Assembly (NCBI GenBank): GCA_050633305.1
Contig: JBOEGF010000043.1
Location: 64,001-128,000 of the forward strand
Source: Nannocystales bacterium
GTDB lineage: Bacteria > Myxococcota_A > Polyangia > Nannocystales > Nannocystaceae
Length of the DNA stretch: 64,000 bases
Direction of reading: 5' to 3'
Numbering within the stretch: position 1 is the first letter of the stretch; each line of letters begins with the position of its first letter. Below are positions 28,935-39,961 of the stretch, piece after piece. The notes beneath the pieces are model-generated. The model had not been told where the DNA came from. It worked only from the letters and a program-made list of their open reading frames with translations, and did no database searches. Both the position numbers and the translations under genes were made by a program.

Positions 28935-30701
28935 TCAGCCAGCTTTGGACCCGCCTCTCACGCACAGGACGAGGTTGTCCCGGCCGCGGGTGACGACCCG
29001 ACTGCGCTTGGCGTACCAAACCAACGGCTGGTCACCGAAGGTGTCGGCTGGAGTTGCGGACCAGTAGTAGCCCCGCTTGGTCATCTGCGCTTGGGTCAGC
29101 GACATGAGCTCGCCGACCGCGGGCAAGCGCCAGGTGCTCAGACCTCCGAGCTCGAGGCCTCCGCAGTGCTCTTTGGCGGCTTCCCAAGACAGGGGACCCT
29201 CGGTGTTGGACACCAACAGCACGTCCAGCGCGCGGATGGCTCGGGTTCGCAGCGCGTGCCCGATCCGGGTCGGCCCCTCGCCGACGGCTTGCTGGGGTTC
29301 TTCGCCCGCGGGGAGGGAGTCCGGAGCGTCATCCTCGGCCTCCGGTGGTTTGGTGTCTGGGTCCGCGCGGCGACTTGAATCCTTGGCGGCCTCGGCCTCG
29401 GCCTTGGCGAGGGTCGTGTCGCCGTCGGCTTCGTCGTCGCTGCCACCGATCGCAAAGGCGACGATGGTCAGCAGCAGAAGCGCCGCTGCGCCCACACTGA
29501 TCCACAGCCATGGTGGCTGCTTCGCCTCACCCGAGTCGGTGGTGGTGTCGGTGGCCAGCACCGCCGCGGTGGCGCGGACCGTCCCTCCGGTGAGTTCGGG
29601 CGGGCCCAGAGTCGCCTCGCTCGGGGGGGGGGCAGCGGGTGGGGCTGGGGGTGGCGCTGGTCCGTCCTGGTCGTCGAGCCCCGCCGCGAGGAGCGTGTCG
29701 CGGCTGACGATCGCGGTGTCCCCGGTCCGGATCGCATCGAGCGTCGAACGTGGGATCACCGGAGTGACGGTGGTGCTGCCGGTGCGGACGGGAGGAGGCG
29801 CGGGCTGGCGCTCTGCCTCGCCGGCGTCCGCGTCATCGAGGTCGGCCAGGTCGTCGGGGCGGATCAGGGGCTCGACCGGCGGCTCTGCAAGGAGTGCATC
29901 GGGCTCCTCCTCCACGGCGGGGGTTAGGTTGGCGGGCGCCTCGGGCTCAAACGGGTCGTCTTCAACGTCGGTGGCGACCGGCGGCACCGTTTTGGGCTTG
30001 GGGATGGTGTTGGACGCTACGGGCGGAGGCGGAGGCGCGGCTGGTTTGGGCGTGGGAGCTCGCGTGGGGAGCGGGCCGGCGGTCTTGCTCGGGTCGGTTG
30101 GTGGAAGCCCGACCCGGGTCGAGGGTTGGGGAGCGGGAGCCCGCGCTGGCAGAGGGGCGGCAGGCTTGCCTGGGTCGGTCGGTGGAAGCCCGACCCGGGT
30201 CGAGCGGGAGACCCCGGGGGCGTCGGGCTGGGATTCGGCTTCGGCGCTGGAGGGGCCGGGGATCGGGGGCGGTTTGACGCCCAGCCGGGTCGTGCGGAGT
30301 GACGGCCCATCGGGAGAGACGCCCGACATTCGTCGCGCTTTGCCGCTCGCCAGCCGACGTAGACTCGCCCCGATGCGCTCTCGCAGCTCCCGCGGCCGGG
30401 TCGATGCGACGGTGAGTGTGCGCCCGAAGGGCACGTGATGGGCGAGCAGGATGTCTCGCAACTCGTCGACCGCGCTTCGCCCCAGTGCCTTGGATCGGCA
30501 CAGGACGTACAGCCCCTCGCCATGGAGACGCTCGACGGCTGGACCGAGCGATGCGGGGGAGGTCTCCACGCCCTCGAGCAGGGTGACGGTGTGTCCCTGG
30601 CCCTCCAGGTCCTCCACGACGGGGCGGATCGTGTCGCCATCCGCCCCAGCGCAGCAGATCACTACCGGTCCGGCTGTCGTCGGTGCGTCGCGATCCACCA
30701 T
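28935..30701 (-). CDS. Membrane protein: TIR-like N-terminal domain, Pro-rich linker, TM, DUF1566 (Lcl) C-terminal domain
   Basis: LSWEAAKEHC..L..GG...WRLP...EL and YYWSAT = DUF1566; TM WLWISVGAAALLLLTIVAFAI; the TIR call is tentative. Confidence 0.8.
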   Translation of the reverse strand: MVDRDAPTTAGPVVICCAGADGDTIRPVVEDLEGQGHTVTLLEGVETSPASLGPAVERLHGEGLYVLCRSKALGRSAVDELRDILLAHHVPFGRTLTVASTRPRELRERIGASLRRLASGKARRMSGVSPDGPSLRTTRLGVKPPPIPGPSSAEAESQPDAPGVSRSTRVGLPPTDPGKPAAPLPARAPAPQPSTRVGLPPTDPSKTAGPLPTRAPTPKPAAPPPPPVASNTIPKPKTVPPVATDVEDDPFEPEAPANLTPAVEEEPDALLAEPPVEPLIRPDDLADLDDADAGEAERQPAPPPVRTGSTTVTPVIPRSTLDAIRTGDTAIVSRDTLLAAGLDDQDGPAPPPAPPAAPPPSEATLGPPELTGGTVRATAAVLATDTTTDSGEAKQPPWLWISVGAAALLLLTIVAFAIGGSDDEADGDTTLAKAEAEAAKDSSRRADPDTKPPEAEDDAPDSLPAGEEPQQAVGEGPTRIGHALRTRAIRALDVLLVSNTEGPLSWEAAKEHCGGLELGGLSTWRLPAVGELMSLTQAQMTKRGYYWSATPADTFGDQPLVWYAKRSRVVTRGRDNLVLCVRGGSKAG

Positions 30702-30972
30702 CTCGATCGAATTTAGCACGGGGGTGCGTGTCGCCTCACATCCGAGCGTGACCGTCGGGCCGAAGCTGCGCGCGTGGCCAGGGGGACTGCGGGCCGAGCG
30801 ATCCCCCAGATCGCCCCTGAGGTCGGCGCAGGGGCTCGACAGACGCGATTTGGCGCATGCGGACCGAGAGCAAGAAAACGAGCCGAACGGCGATCGTTGT
30901 GGTAAGCCCGCCCCAGCAGAGCGCGTCGATTTCGCGCCTCCAGGACTGATCCAGGACACCCTCGAGACAACC

Positions 30973-31671
30973 ATGGCTGCTTCCAAAAGTTCTTCGCGGG
31001 GGCCCCTTTGGTCTTCGACCATCGGCCTCAAGGTGTTGATGGCCCTCACCGGGCTGGCAATGGTCGGCTTCGTGCTTGGCCACATGGCGGGACACCTTCA
31101 GGTGTTCGCCGGTCGCGACGCATACAACGCGTACGCGAAGTTCCTGCAGGGCCTTGGCGGCCTGTTGTGGGCAGCACGGCTCGGTCTGTTGGGAGCCATC
31201 GCGCTTCACGTGTTTGCGGCGATGAAGCTCAACGCGCGCAACTCGGACGCGCGACCCCAGGCCTACGCGGTCAAGACCAACAAGGCGACCACGCCCTACG
31301 CGATCTCGATGCTGTACTCCGGCTACACGATCCTCGCGTTCGTCGGGTACCATATCGCTCACTTCACGCTCGGCGCCGTCCACTCGCCGATCGAGACGTA
31401 CGGCCCCGCGGACGACGTGATCCACGACGTGTTCGCGAAGTTCGTCATCGACTTCCAAAACCCGGTGATCTTCCTGCTGTATGCGGCTGCGATGGTCGGC
31501 ATCGCAATGCACCTGTCCCACGCGGTCAGCAGCGTGTTCCGCACGCTCGGCGTCATGCGCGGCAAGTACCGCGAGCCGCTCTCCAAAGTGGGCCCCGCGG
31601 TGGGCTACGTGACCGCGATTGGCTTCCTCATCCCTCCTGCCGCATGCCTGTTGGGCATCGTGACGGTCTGA
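30973..31671 (+). CDS. sdhC: Succinate dehydrogenase cytochrome b subunit
   Basis: [19 protein letters not shown], multiple His-containing TM helices; upstream of sdhAB. Confidence 0.93.
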   Translation: MAASKSSSRGPLWSSTIGLKVLMALTGLAMVGFVLGHMAGHLQVFAGRDAYNAYAKFLQGLGGLLWAARLGLLGAIALHVFAAMKLNARNSDARPQAYAVKTNKATTPYAISMLYSGYTILAFVGYHIAHFTLGAVHSPIETYGPADDVIHDVFAKFVIDFQNPVIFLLYAAAMVGIAMHLSHAVSSVFRTLGVMRGKYREPLSKVGPAVGYVTAIGFLIPPAACLLGIVTV

Positions 31672-31702
31672 GCCCCACGCGCACCAAAAGGAGCGACGAC
31701 GC

Positions 31703-33634
<1,932 letters not shown>

Positions 33635-33665
33635 CGTCGCCGGGAACCTACGAGGAAGTCATCCA

Positions 33666-34424
33666 ATGAAGATCAAACTCAACGTTTGGCGACAGTCCGG
33701 TCCCAAGGACTCCGGCGGTCTCAAGTCGTACGACATCGAGGTCACCGAGCACATGTCGTTCCTTGAGATGTTCGACGTGCTCAACGAGCAGCTGCTCAAG
33801 AACCCCAGCAAGCACCCCGAGGGTCCGGTCGCGTTCGACCACGACTGTCGTGAGGGAATCTGCGGGATGTGTTCGATGGTGATCGACGGCGTGCCGCATG
33901 GTCCCAACAAGGCCACCACGACCTGTCAGCTGCATATGCGCAGCTACAAGGACGGCGATGAGATCACGGTCGAGCCGTTCCGGGCGAAAGCGTTCCCGGT
34001 CCTGCGCGACCTGATCGTCGACCGCAACTCCTTCGACCGGATCCAGCAAGCGGGCGGCTACATCAGCGTCCGTACCGGAGCTGCGCCCGATGCCAACGCG
34101 ATCGCAATCGGCAAGGCCGACGCGGACGATGCGTTCGACTACGCCGCGTGCATCGGCTGCGGAGCCTGCGTGGCTGCCTGCCCCAACGCTTCGGCGATGC
34201 TGTTCGTCGGTGCCAAGGTCTCGCACCTCGCCAAAGTCCCTCAGGGACAGGTCGAGCGGACCGGACGCGTGCTGCGGATGGTCGACACGATGGATACCGA
34301 AGGCTTCGGCGGCTGCACCAACCACGGCGAGTGTGAAGCTGCGTGCCCCAAGGCGATCAGCCTCGACGCCATCGCCATGCTCAACTCCGAGCTGGCACGG
34401 GCCGCGATTTCGTCCGCCAAGTAG
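33666..34424 (+). CDS. sdhB: Succinate dehydrogenase/fumarate reductase Fe-S subunit
   Basis: [22 protein letters not shown] and [12 protein letters not shown] motifs. Confidence 0.97.
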   Translation: MKIKLNVWRQSGPKDSGGLKSYDIEVTEHMSFLEMFDVLNEQLLKNPSKHPEGPVAFDHDCREGICGMCSMVIDGVPHGPNKATTTCQLHMRSYKDGDEITVEPFRAKAFPVLRDLIVDRNSFDRIQQAGGYISVRTGAAPDANAIAIGKADADDAFDYAACIGCGACVAACPNASAMLFVGAKVSHLAKVPQGQVERTGRVLRMVDTMDTEGFGGCTNHGECEAACPKAISLDAIAMLNSELARAAISSAK

Positions 34425-34502
34425 TCCCGCGTCCTACGACGACGCCTGATGACGGGCGAGTCTGCTTGCAGGCTCGCCCGTAGTCGTGTGCATCATGCTG
34501 CC

Positions 34503-36125
34503 GTGGCGCGCGGAGACGACTCCTCCCGGTGGTGGGTGCCCCTCACCGGCTTCGCGGTCCTCGTGGCGTATGTCGTCGTGCGAGAGCTGGGCAACTCCCC
34601 GTACGACGATAGCTACTTCTTCAAGCGCTTCGCCCTGCATGCGGTGGAGAACGGCGTGTACGCGTGGAACCTCGAGGATGGCGCGGTTCATGGCAGCACG
34701 AGCCAGCTTTTTCAGGCGCTGACGACGGCGGTGGTGTTGTTCACCAAGACCCACTTCGTCGCCGCCGTTCGGGTGCTCGACGGTGCCTTGCTCGTGCTGA
34801 CTGCCGGGCTCTTGCTTCGGGTGGCACGCGGTCCACTGGTGTTGCTGACCCTGGGCAACGCGCTGGTCATGTCGGTGATTCGGTCCAACATGGAGACCGC
34901 TCTGGCGCTCGCCGTGCTGGCGACGGCGTTGGTGCTGGAACTCCGGGGGGCGCGAGAGGACAGTTCACGCGCGGACCGAATCTCGGCCGCGGTGACGGTG
35001 ATCGTCTACCTGGCGCGGCCTGATGCCGCGGCCATCGTCGCCGTCTTTGCGCTGCTCCAGCGATGGTGGAGTGGACGTGGCACCGTTCGCTACGCAGCGA
35101 TGCTCGGCGTTTCGATGGCGCTCGTGTGGGCTGGGCTGTGGGCGGTCTATGGCACCGCGCTCCCGCTGTCGTTTCACATGAAGACGATGGCGCTTCATAC
35201 CTATGGCCCTTACATCGCGAGCAGGCGCTGGGCCACGAAGGTGCCGCACCTGCTTGTGTTTGTGTTTACGGTGGCGCCCATGCTCTGGCTCCTCGTCCGA
35301 GCGCGGGTGTGGAAGCACCGGGATGCCACGCTGGCGTTGACGCTCAGTGCGCTGGTGTTCGTGGCGTATCACGTGGTGAGTACCCATGAGATCATGGGGT
35401 ATCGGGCTCGCTTCTACGTTCCCGCGCTTGTGCCGTTGTGCCTCGCTACCGCGCGAGTGTGGCCGACCGAGCGAGTTCCTCTGGCGCGATGGGGGGCGTT
35501 TGTCCTGGCGTGGTCCGGGTGCGGTGCGGTTGCCTACGGGCAGGGCTGGATGCCCAACGGGGACGGGTTCTTCCTCACCATGCTGCCGTGGCCGGCCTAT
35601 GTGATGGTCGTCGTTGGGTGGAGCGTGGCACTCGTTTGGCCGGGCCGGGGCGTTGTCGTCGCCGGCTGCCTGCTCTTGGGGATCACGGCGTGGATCCCCC
35701 TGGAAGACTCCGATCTCCGCTCGGATACCGATGTTGTCTTCCGCCACAACCGCGAGGTCACGACCACCCGGGGGGTGTTCGACGTTGCGCGGTGTCTCCC
35801 TGAGGGAAGTACCGTTTACCACTCCGAGATGGGCATCCCAGGGCTGGTCTTGTATCGCATGAGCGTCATCGATCAGGCAGGCCTTCTCTCCCGAGACGTT
35901 GCGATGGGTGGGCGTTCGTTCCAAACGCGATGCGCCGAGGAGCGGCCGGAGGCGATCTTCTTGCCACACCGGAACTATCGGGCGCTCAACGCTGAGATCG
36001 CGGACTCGGCGTGCATCAGAGACTACGTGCAGATTGTGAAGCGCTCGTCCTCGGCACTGCATGTGCGGGCCGATCTCGCGGCGGGGTTTCTGCAATGCGG
36101 GACCGACTATCGCCAGTGGCGGTAG
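34503..36125 (+). CDS. Polytopic membrane protein, GT-C-like glycosyltransferase
   Basis: DDSYF after TM1, G.TS, MET and ARPD motifs; start uncertain. Confidence 0.7.
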   Translation: MARGDDSSRWWVPLTGFAVLVAYVVVRELGNSPYDDSYFFKRFALHAVENGVYAWNLEDGAVHGSTSQLFQALTTAVVLFTKTHFVAAVRVLDGALLVLTAGLLLRVARGPLVLLTLGNALVMSVIRSNMETALALAVLATALVLELRGAREDSSRADRISAAVTVIVYLARPDAAAIVAVFALLQRWWSGRGTVRYAAMLGVSMALVWAGLWAVYGTALPLSFHMKTMALHTYGPYIASRRWATKVPHLLVFVFTVAPMLWLLVRARVWKHRDATLALTLSALVFVAYHVVSTHEIMGYRARFYVPALVPLCLATARVWPTERVPLARWGAFVLAWSGCGAVAYGQGWMPNGDGFFLTMLPWPAYVMVVVGWSVALVWPGRGVVVAGCLLLGITAWIPLEDSDLRSDTDVVFRHNREVTTTRGVFDVARCLPEGSTVYHSEMGIPGLVLYRMSVIDQAGLLSRDVAMGGRSFQTRCAEERPEAIFLPHRNYRALNAEIADSACIRDYVQIVKRSSSALHVRADLAAGFLQCGTDYRQWR

Positions 36126-36278
36126 CCGGACGCGTGCAGCGAACGGCTGTCGGCTCGGCAAGCCGGACGTGTGCTTCCCCAGGTTCTCTCGGCGCGTGGG
36201 TCCGTCAAGCGAGATGCTCCCCGGACTCCTGCGCCGAGACCTCGAAGTCCGGAGCGGACCGAGGCGTTTCAGGACGCG

Positions 36279-37538
36279 CTATGGAGACGCGGTGCTGGAG
36301 AGGACCGCGTCGATGTGGATGTCGGTGTCCCGAAGACTGCCGAGCGATCCTGGACTGTAGACGTGTTCCCACACGGCCATCCCGATGTCGGGGGAGTCGC
36401 CGGAGAGGGCCACGGCCGGAGCCAAGTTGTCCTTTCCTACGTCATGCACCACGGCACGGGGAGCTTTGAGCGTCATGGACGCTGATACGGGTCGTGACCA
36501 GATCTCCATGTCTTGGCCGGCGTTCGGGCCCTCGTTCTCCCAGACCACGTAGAACTCCCCAGTGGTGTCGATGAAGGCGACGTCGGGACGTTGTTCGTCC
36601 TGGCCCGTGTTGGCGATCATCAGAGTGGAGCCGCCGGCCGAGCTTCCGTTTGCGTTGAGCTGCTCGGCGAACACGTCGTTGTCACTGCTGTTGTATGCGT
36701 GTTCCCACGCGACCATGTACTTGCCCGCATCGTCGGCTTCGACCGAGGGGTTCGAGCTCGCGTTCGTGAACCCCGAGGTCAGGTTGGATGAGGAGCCCAC
36801 CGACCAGGTGGAGAGGTTCACCGCTCGGCTGGAAACGTTGTTGTTGGCGTTGGCGGTCTCTTCGCCGACGACCACGCATGTGGCCGCAGTCCACGAGCAT
36901 GCGACGTCGGGGTCTCGGTCGTCCGCGCTGCTGGCCTGGACAGCGAGCGGCGGTCCGGTCACCGCTGCCGTGTTCGGGTTGAGGCGAACCGCGTAGATGT
37001 CGGTGTCGGTGGCGGAGTATTCGAGTTCGTAGGTGACGATGAACGCGTTGGCGGTGCTGTTGTAGGCCAGTTGCGGTGCTTGCTCCCGGCGGCTGTCGGT
37101 GGCCACGGCGACGTTCAGGGGTTGGAGCACGATGATGCCTGCACGGGCCACCTCCACGACCCGAATGTCCGTGTCGGCGCCCTGGTCATCGACGTACGCG
37201 ACGAAGAATCCCTTCGTCACCGGGTTGTAGGCGACAGCGGGGTCCCGCTCATTCTCAACGAGCGAGGCGGCCACGGTGATGGCCGCCGAAGTCGGGCTCC
37301 CTGCGCCATCGAACCTCCGGGCGAGGAGGTCGGTGCCACCGAAGGCGTTGACGGTCTGCCAAACCACGAGGAACTCGTCGTCGTCACTGCTGTAGGCGAT
37401 GACGGGACGTGTCTCGTCGCTGGTCGTCTGGCTCACCACGCTTGGGGCCGCCTGGGCCGATTGGCTCGTGAAGAAGCCCGCGAACGCGATGGCGGTGATG
37501 GGGAGGGCATGAAGGGGGGAATAGATTTGTCTAGTCAT
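36279..37538 (-). CDS. Secreted repeat (beta-propeller-like) protein
   Basis: Signal peptide (AQA); about 7 P-x-V/I-A-Y/F...F-x-V-x-W/Y...D-I-x-A repeats. Confidence 0.8.
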   Translation of the reverse strand: MTRQIYSPLHALPITAIAFAGFFTSQSAQAAPSVVSQTTSDETRPVIAYSSDDDEFLVVWQTVNAFGGTDLLARRFDGAGSPTSAAITVAASLVENERDPAVAYNPVTKGFFVAYVDDQGADTDIRVVEVARAGIIVLQPLNVAVATDSRREQAPQLAYNSTANAFIVTYELEYSATDTDIYAVRLNPNTAAVTGPPLAVQASSADDRDPDVACSWTAATCVVVGEETANANNNVSSRAVNLSTWSVGSSSNLTSGFTNASSNPSVEADDAGKYMVAWEHAYNSSDNDVFAEQLNANGSSAGGSTLMIANTGQDEQRPDVAFIDTTGEFYVVWENEGPNAGQDMEIWSRPVSASMTLKAPRAVVHDVGKDNLAPAVALSGDSPDIGMAVWEHVYSPGSLGSLRDTDIHIDAVLSSTASP

Positions 37539-38027
37539 GATGGGCGACGTCGCTCCGGGCAGGTAGTGCTTGGGGCGGCGAGACCGGATCACGACGAGAT
37601 GGTTGGTGATATCGGTGCGACATTCGCCAGAAGGGTTGCAGGCCCCGCGGCACGTCGACCTGAACAGGTGGGGCGGGAGTCGGTGAGGCGACCACGATGA
37701 AAGTCGTGTCGGGGCCGTTGTGCACTGGACCGTCCTCGCTGCAGGAAGCTGACCCTTTAGACAGGTTCGCTCGGCGCGGCGTTGGGGTAGGTGTATCTAC
37801 GGCTCCACATTGATCAGTGTGCCGGGTCCGTTGGTCGTGTTCTTTGCATAAAGCGGGGCCTTCGCGAGCGTGTTCGTTGCTCTCGGCCTGGCACGGCGAA
37901 GCGCAGCATTCGACATTTCTCCTCGGCGGCGTTCCGTGCCCGAGGGAGGTGATGCTCAAGAAGGTCGCGCTGTCCGTTTCCGCGTGACGCGACGTCGGTC
38001 GGACCGATCTGCTAGGCTGCGTTTTGG

Positions 38028-39842
38028 ATGACCGACGCTTGGAGGCAGCCAGGCGAACTGCTTGGAAGAATCCTCGAGGGCCGCTACCGAGTCGATCGAA
38101 TCATCGGCGAGGGGGGAATGGGGACCGTCTTCGAAGGGGTCCATTCCCACATTGAGAAGCGCGTTGCTCTGAAGGTCCTCTCTCCTGCCATGGCAAGAGA
38201 TGAGAACCACCGGGCGCGGTTCCTGAACGAAGCTCGGGCGGCCGCCCGCATCTCGAGCCCGCACGTTGTGGGCATTACCGACTATGGTCGGAGCCCGATT
38301 ACGTTCGTCGTGATGGAGTTCCTCGAGGGCGAGGACCTCTCACGCCGCCTGGCAAAAACCGGTCCGCTCGACGTTGCGGAGGTGCTCACATTGCTTCGGC
38401 AGATCTGTGCGGGGCTCGAGGCCGCACACAAGAAAGGCGTCGTACACCGGGATATCAAGCCGTCGAACATCTTTCTCGCGAAGGAGGAGGACGACGTTGA
38501 GGTCGCGAAGATCCTCGATTTCGGAATCGCGAAACTCTTCGACGCGGGGCGAGGGACGAAAGGGCTCACACGGCCCAACGAGACCATCGGTACCGCGGCA
38601 TATATGTCGCCCGAGCAGATTCTTGGCGCGGGGGTCGACCGACGGAGCGATATCTACTCTCTCGGGGTCGTGCTGTTTCGAATGCTCGTCGGAACCATCC
38701 CTTTTCGGGCAGAGAACGGGTTCGGGGTGATGGAAAAACACGTGCGGTCGCAGCCGCCCGCTCTCAACATTGACTCGCCCGAAGTCGAGTCCGTGGTGTT
38801 GCGTTGTCTGGAGAAGTCGCGGGAGAGGCGGTTCCCCGATGTGGGGGCCCTTCTTCGGGCGTTCGAGGCCGCGGTGCAGAGCGATGAAACGGACGCATCT
38901 GGAGCGTGTGGCCGAACGCTTGTTCCTTTCGCGCCGAAGAGTCCTGCGAACACGGAGGTCACCGGGTACACAGGCGCGCCTCCTGCCGCGAAACGAGCGT
39001 CAACCGAACCCATCCTCGTATCAGAGAAGCGAACCCCAACTCTACGGCAGGGCGCGACAGAGCCGAGCGCCGACATGCTGCGGACCCGCGTGGAGCGAGC
39101 GGGTGCGGAGCCGTCGGAACGTTCGTTCTCGCTTAGGCTGGGGCTCGTGTTGGCGTGCTCGATGGTTGTCGGCGGTGCTGCGTTCGCGTGGCAGGATTCG
39201 ACGAACCCGCGGATGGCCGGCCGGGGCCAAGGAGCGGAGGTCGAAGCCGCTGCCTTGGTGCTCCCCCATCGCGACACGCTCGCGGCGGCGGATCCCGTTG
39301 AACTCGGATTCACGCCGTCGATTGACCTTCCCGCCCTGCTTGCAGGGCAGGCAACCCCGAACCCCGAACCCCTCGGGGTCGAGCTCGAACCGGTCGAGAA
39401 CCTCGTTGAGGTTGAGCCGCGCACCGAAGCGACGCCGCTCGAAGAGCCGGTCCCGGCCGTGCGGGAGGAGACGCCGACGGACGTTCAGACGAAGCCGCCT
39501 GTCGGAAAACGAGGCCGGCGAGGCCGGCGAGGTCGGAACAAGCGACCGCAGAAGCTCGGCGCGGCCGAGGACGCAGCCGGAGAGTCCCTGGAGAGGGTGG
39601 TGGAAGCGATGCTCAAGAGGGCCCAGAAGGCAGCGTTGAGTGATCAAGCCCAGTGTTTTCAGCTCGCTGCGGAGGCGCACGAGATGCGTCCCTCCCAACG
39701 AGCAGCGGTCGTGATGACCAAGTGCGCGTGTCGGCTGGGCGACGCGGAGAAAGCGAACACCGCCGCAAGGCTACTCAGCGGCAAGCACCCAAACGTGAAG
39801 AAGCTCTGTGAACTCAAGGGCGTTGAGCTCGCGATAGACTGA
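38028..39842 (+). CDS. Hanks-type Ser/Thr protein kinase with a TM segment
   Basis: GEGGMG, VALK, HRDIKPSN, DFG, GTAAYMSPEQ and DIYSLG motifs. Confidence 0.95.
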   Translation: MTDAWRQPGELLGRILEGRYRVDRIIGEGGMGTVFEGVHSHIEKRVALKVLSPAMARDENHRARFLNEARAAARISSPHVVGITDYGRSPITFVVMEFLEGEDLSRRLAKTGPLDVAEVLTLLRQICAGLEAAHKKGVVHRDIKPSNIFLAKEEDDVEVAKILDFGIAKLFDAGRGTKGLTRPNETIGTAAYMSPEQILGAGVDRRSDIYSLGVVLFRMLVGTIPFRAENGFGVMEKHVRSQPPALNIDSPEVESVVLRCLEKSRERRFPDVGALLRAFEAAVQSDETDASGACGRTLVPFAPKSPANTEVTGYTGAPPAAKRASTEPILVSEKRTPTLRQGATEPSADMLRTRVERAGAEPSERSFSLRLGLVLACSMVVGGAAFAWQDSTNPRMAGRGQGAEVEAAALVLPHRDTLAAADPVELGFTPSIDLPALLAGQATPNPEPLGVELEPVENLVEVEPRTEATPLEEPVPAVREETPTDVQTKPPVGKRGRRGRRGRNKRPQKLGAAEDAAGESLERVVEAMLKRAQKAALSDQAQCFQLAAEAHEMRPSQRAAVVMTKCACRLGDAEKANTAARLLSGKHPNVKKLCELKGVELAID

Positions 39843-39961
39843 GCTCGGTGGCGTCAGGGTAGAGCCTGCAACGCCCCTCGAGACTGCCACGAGACGAACG
39901 GGTCGGGCAGGTGGCGGGCCGGTCACCGAGAGGAGCGGACCCACGGCTGTGGGCCGCTCCG

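Noticed and set aside
37885..37910. tggcacg sigma54-like promoter upstream of the kinase
   Set aside because: The GC dinucleotide is not at the required GG-N10-GC spacing.
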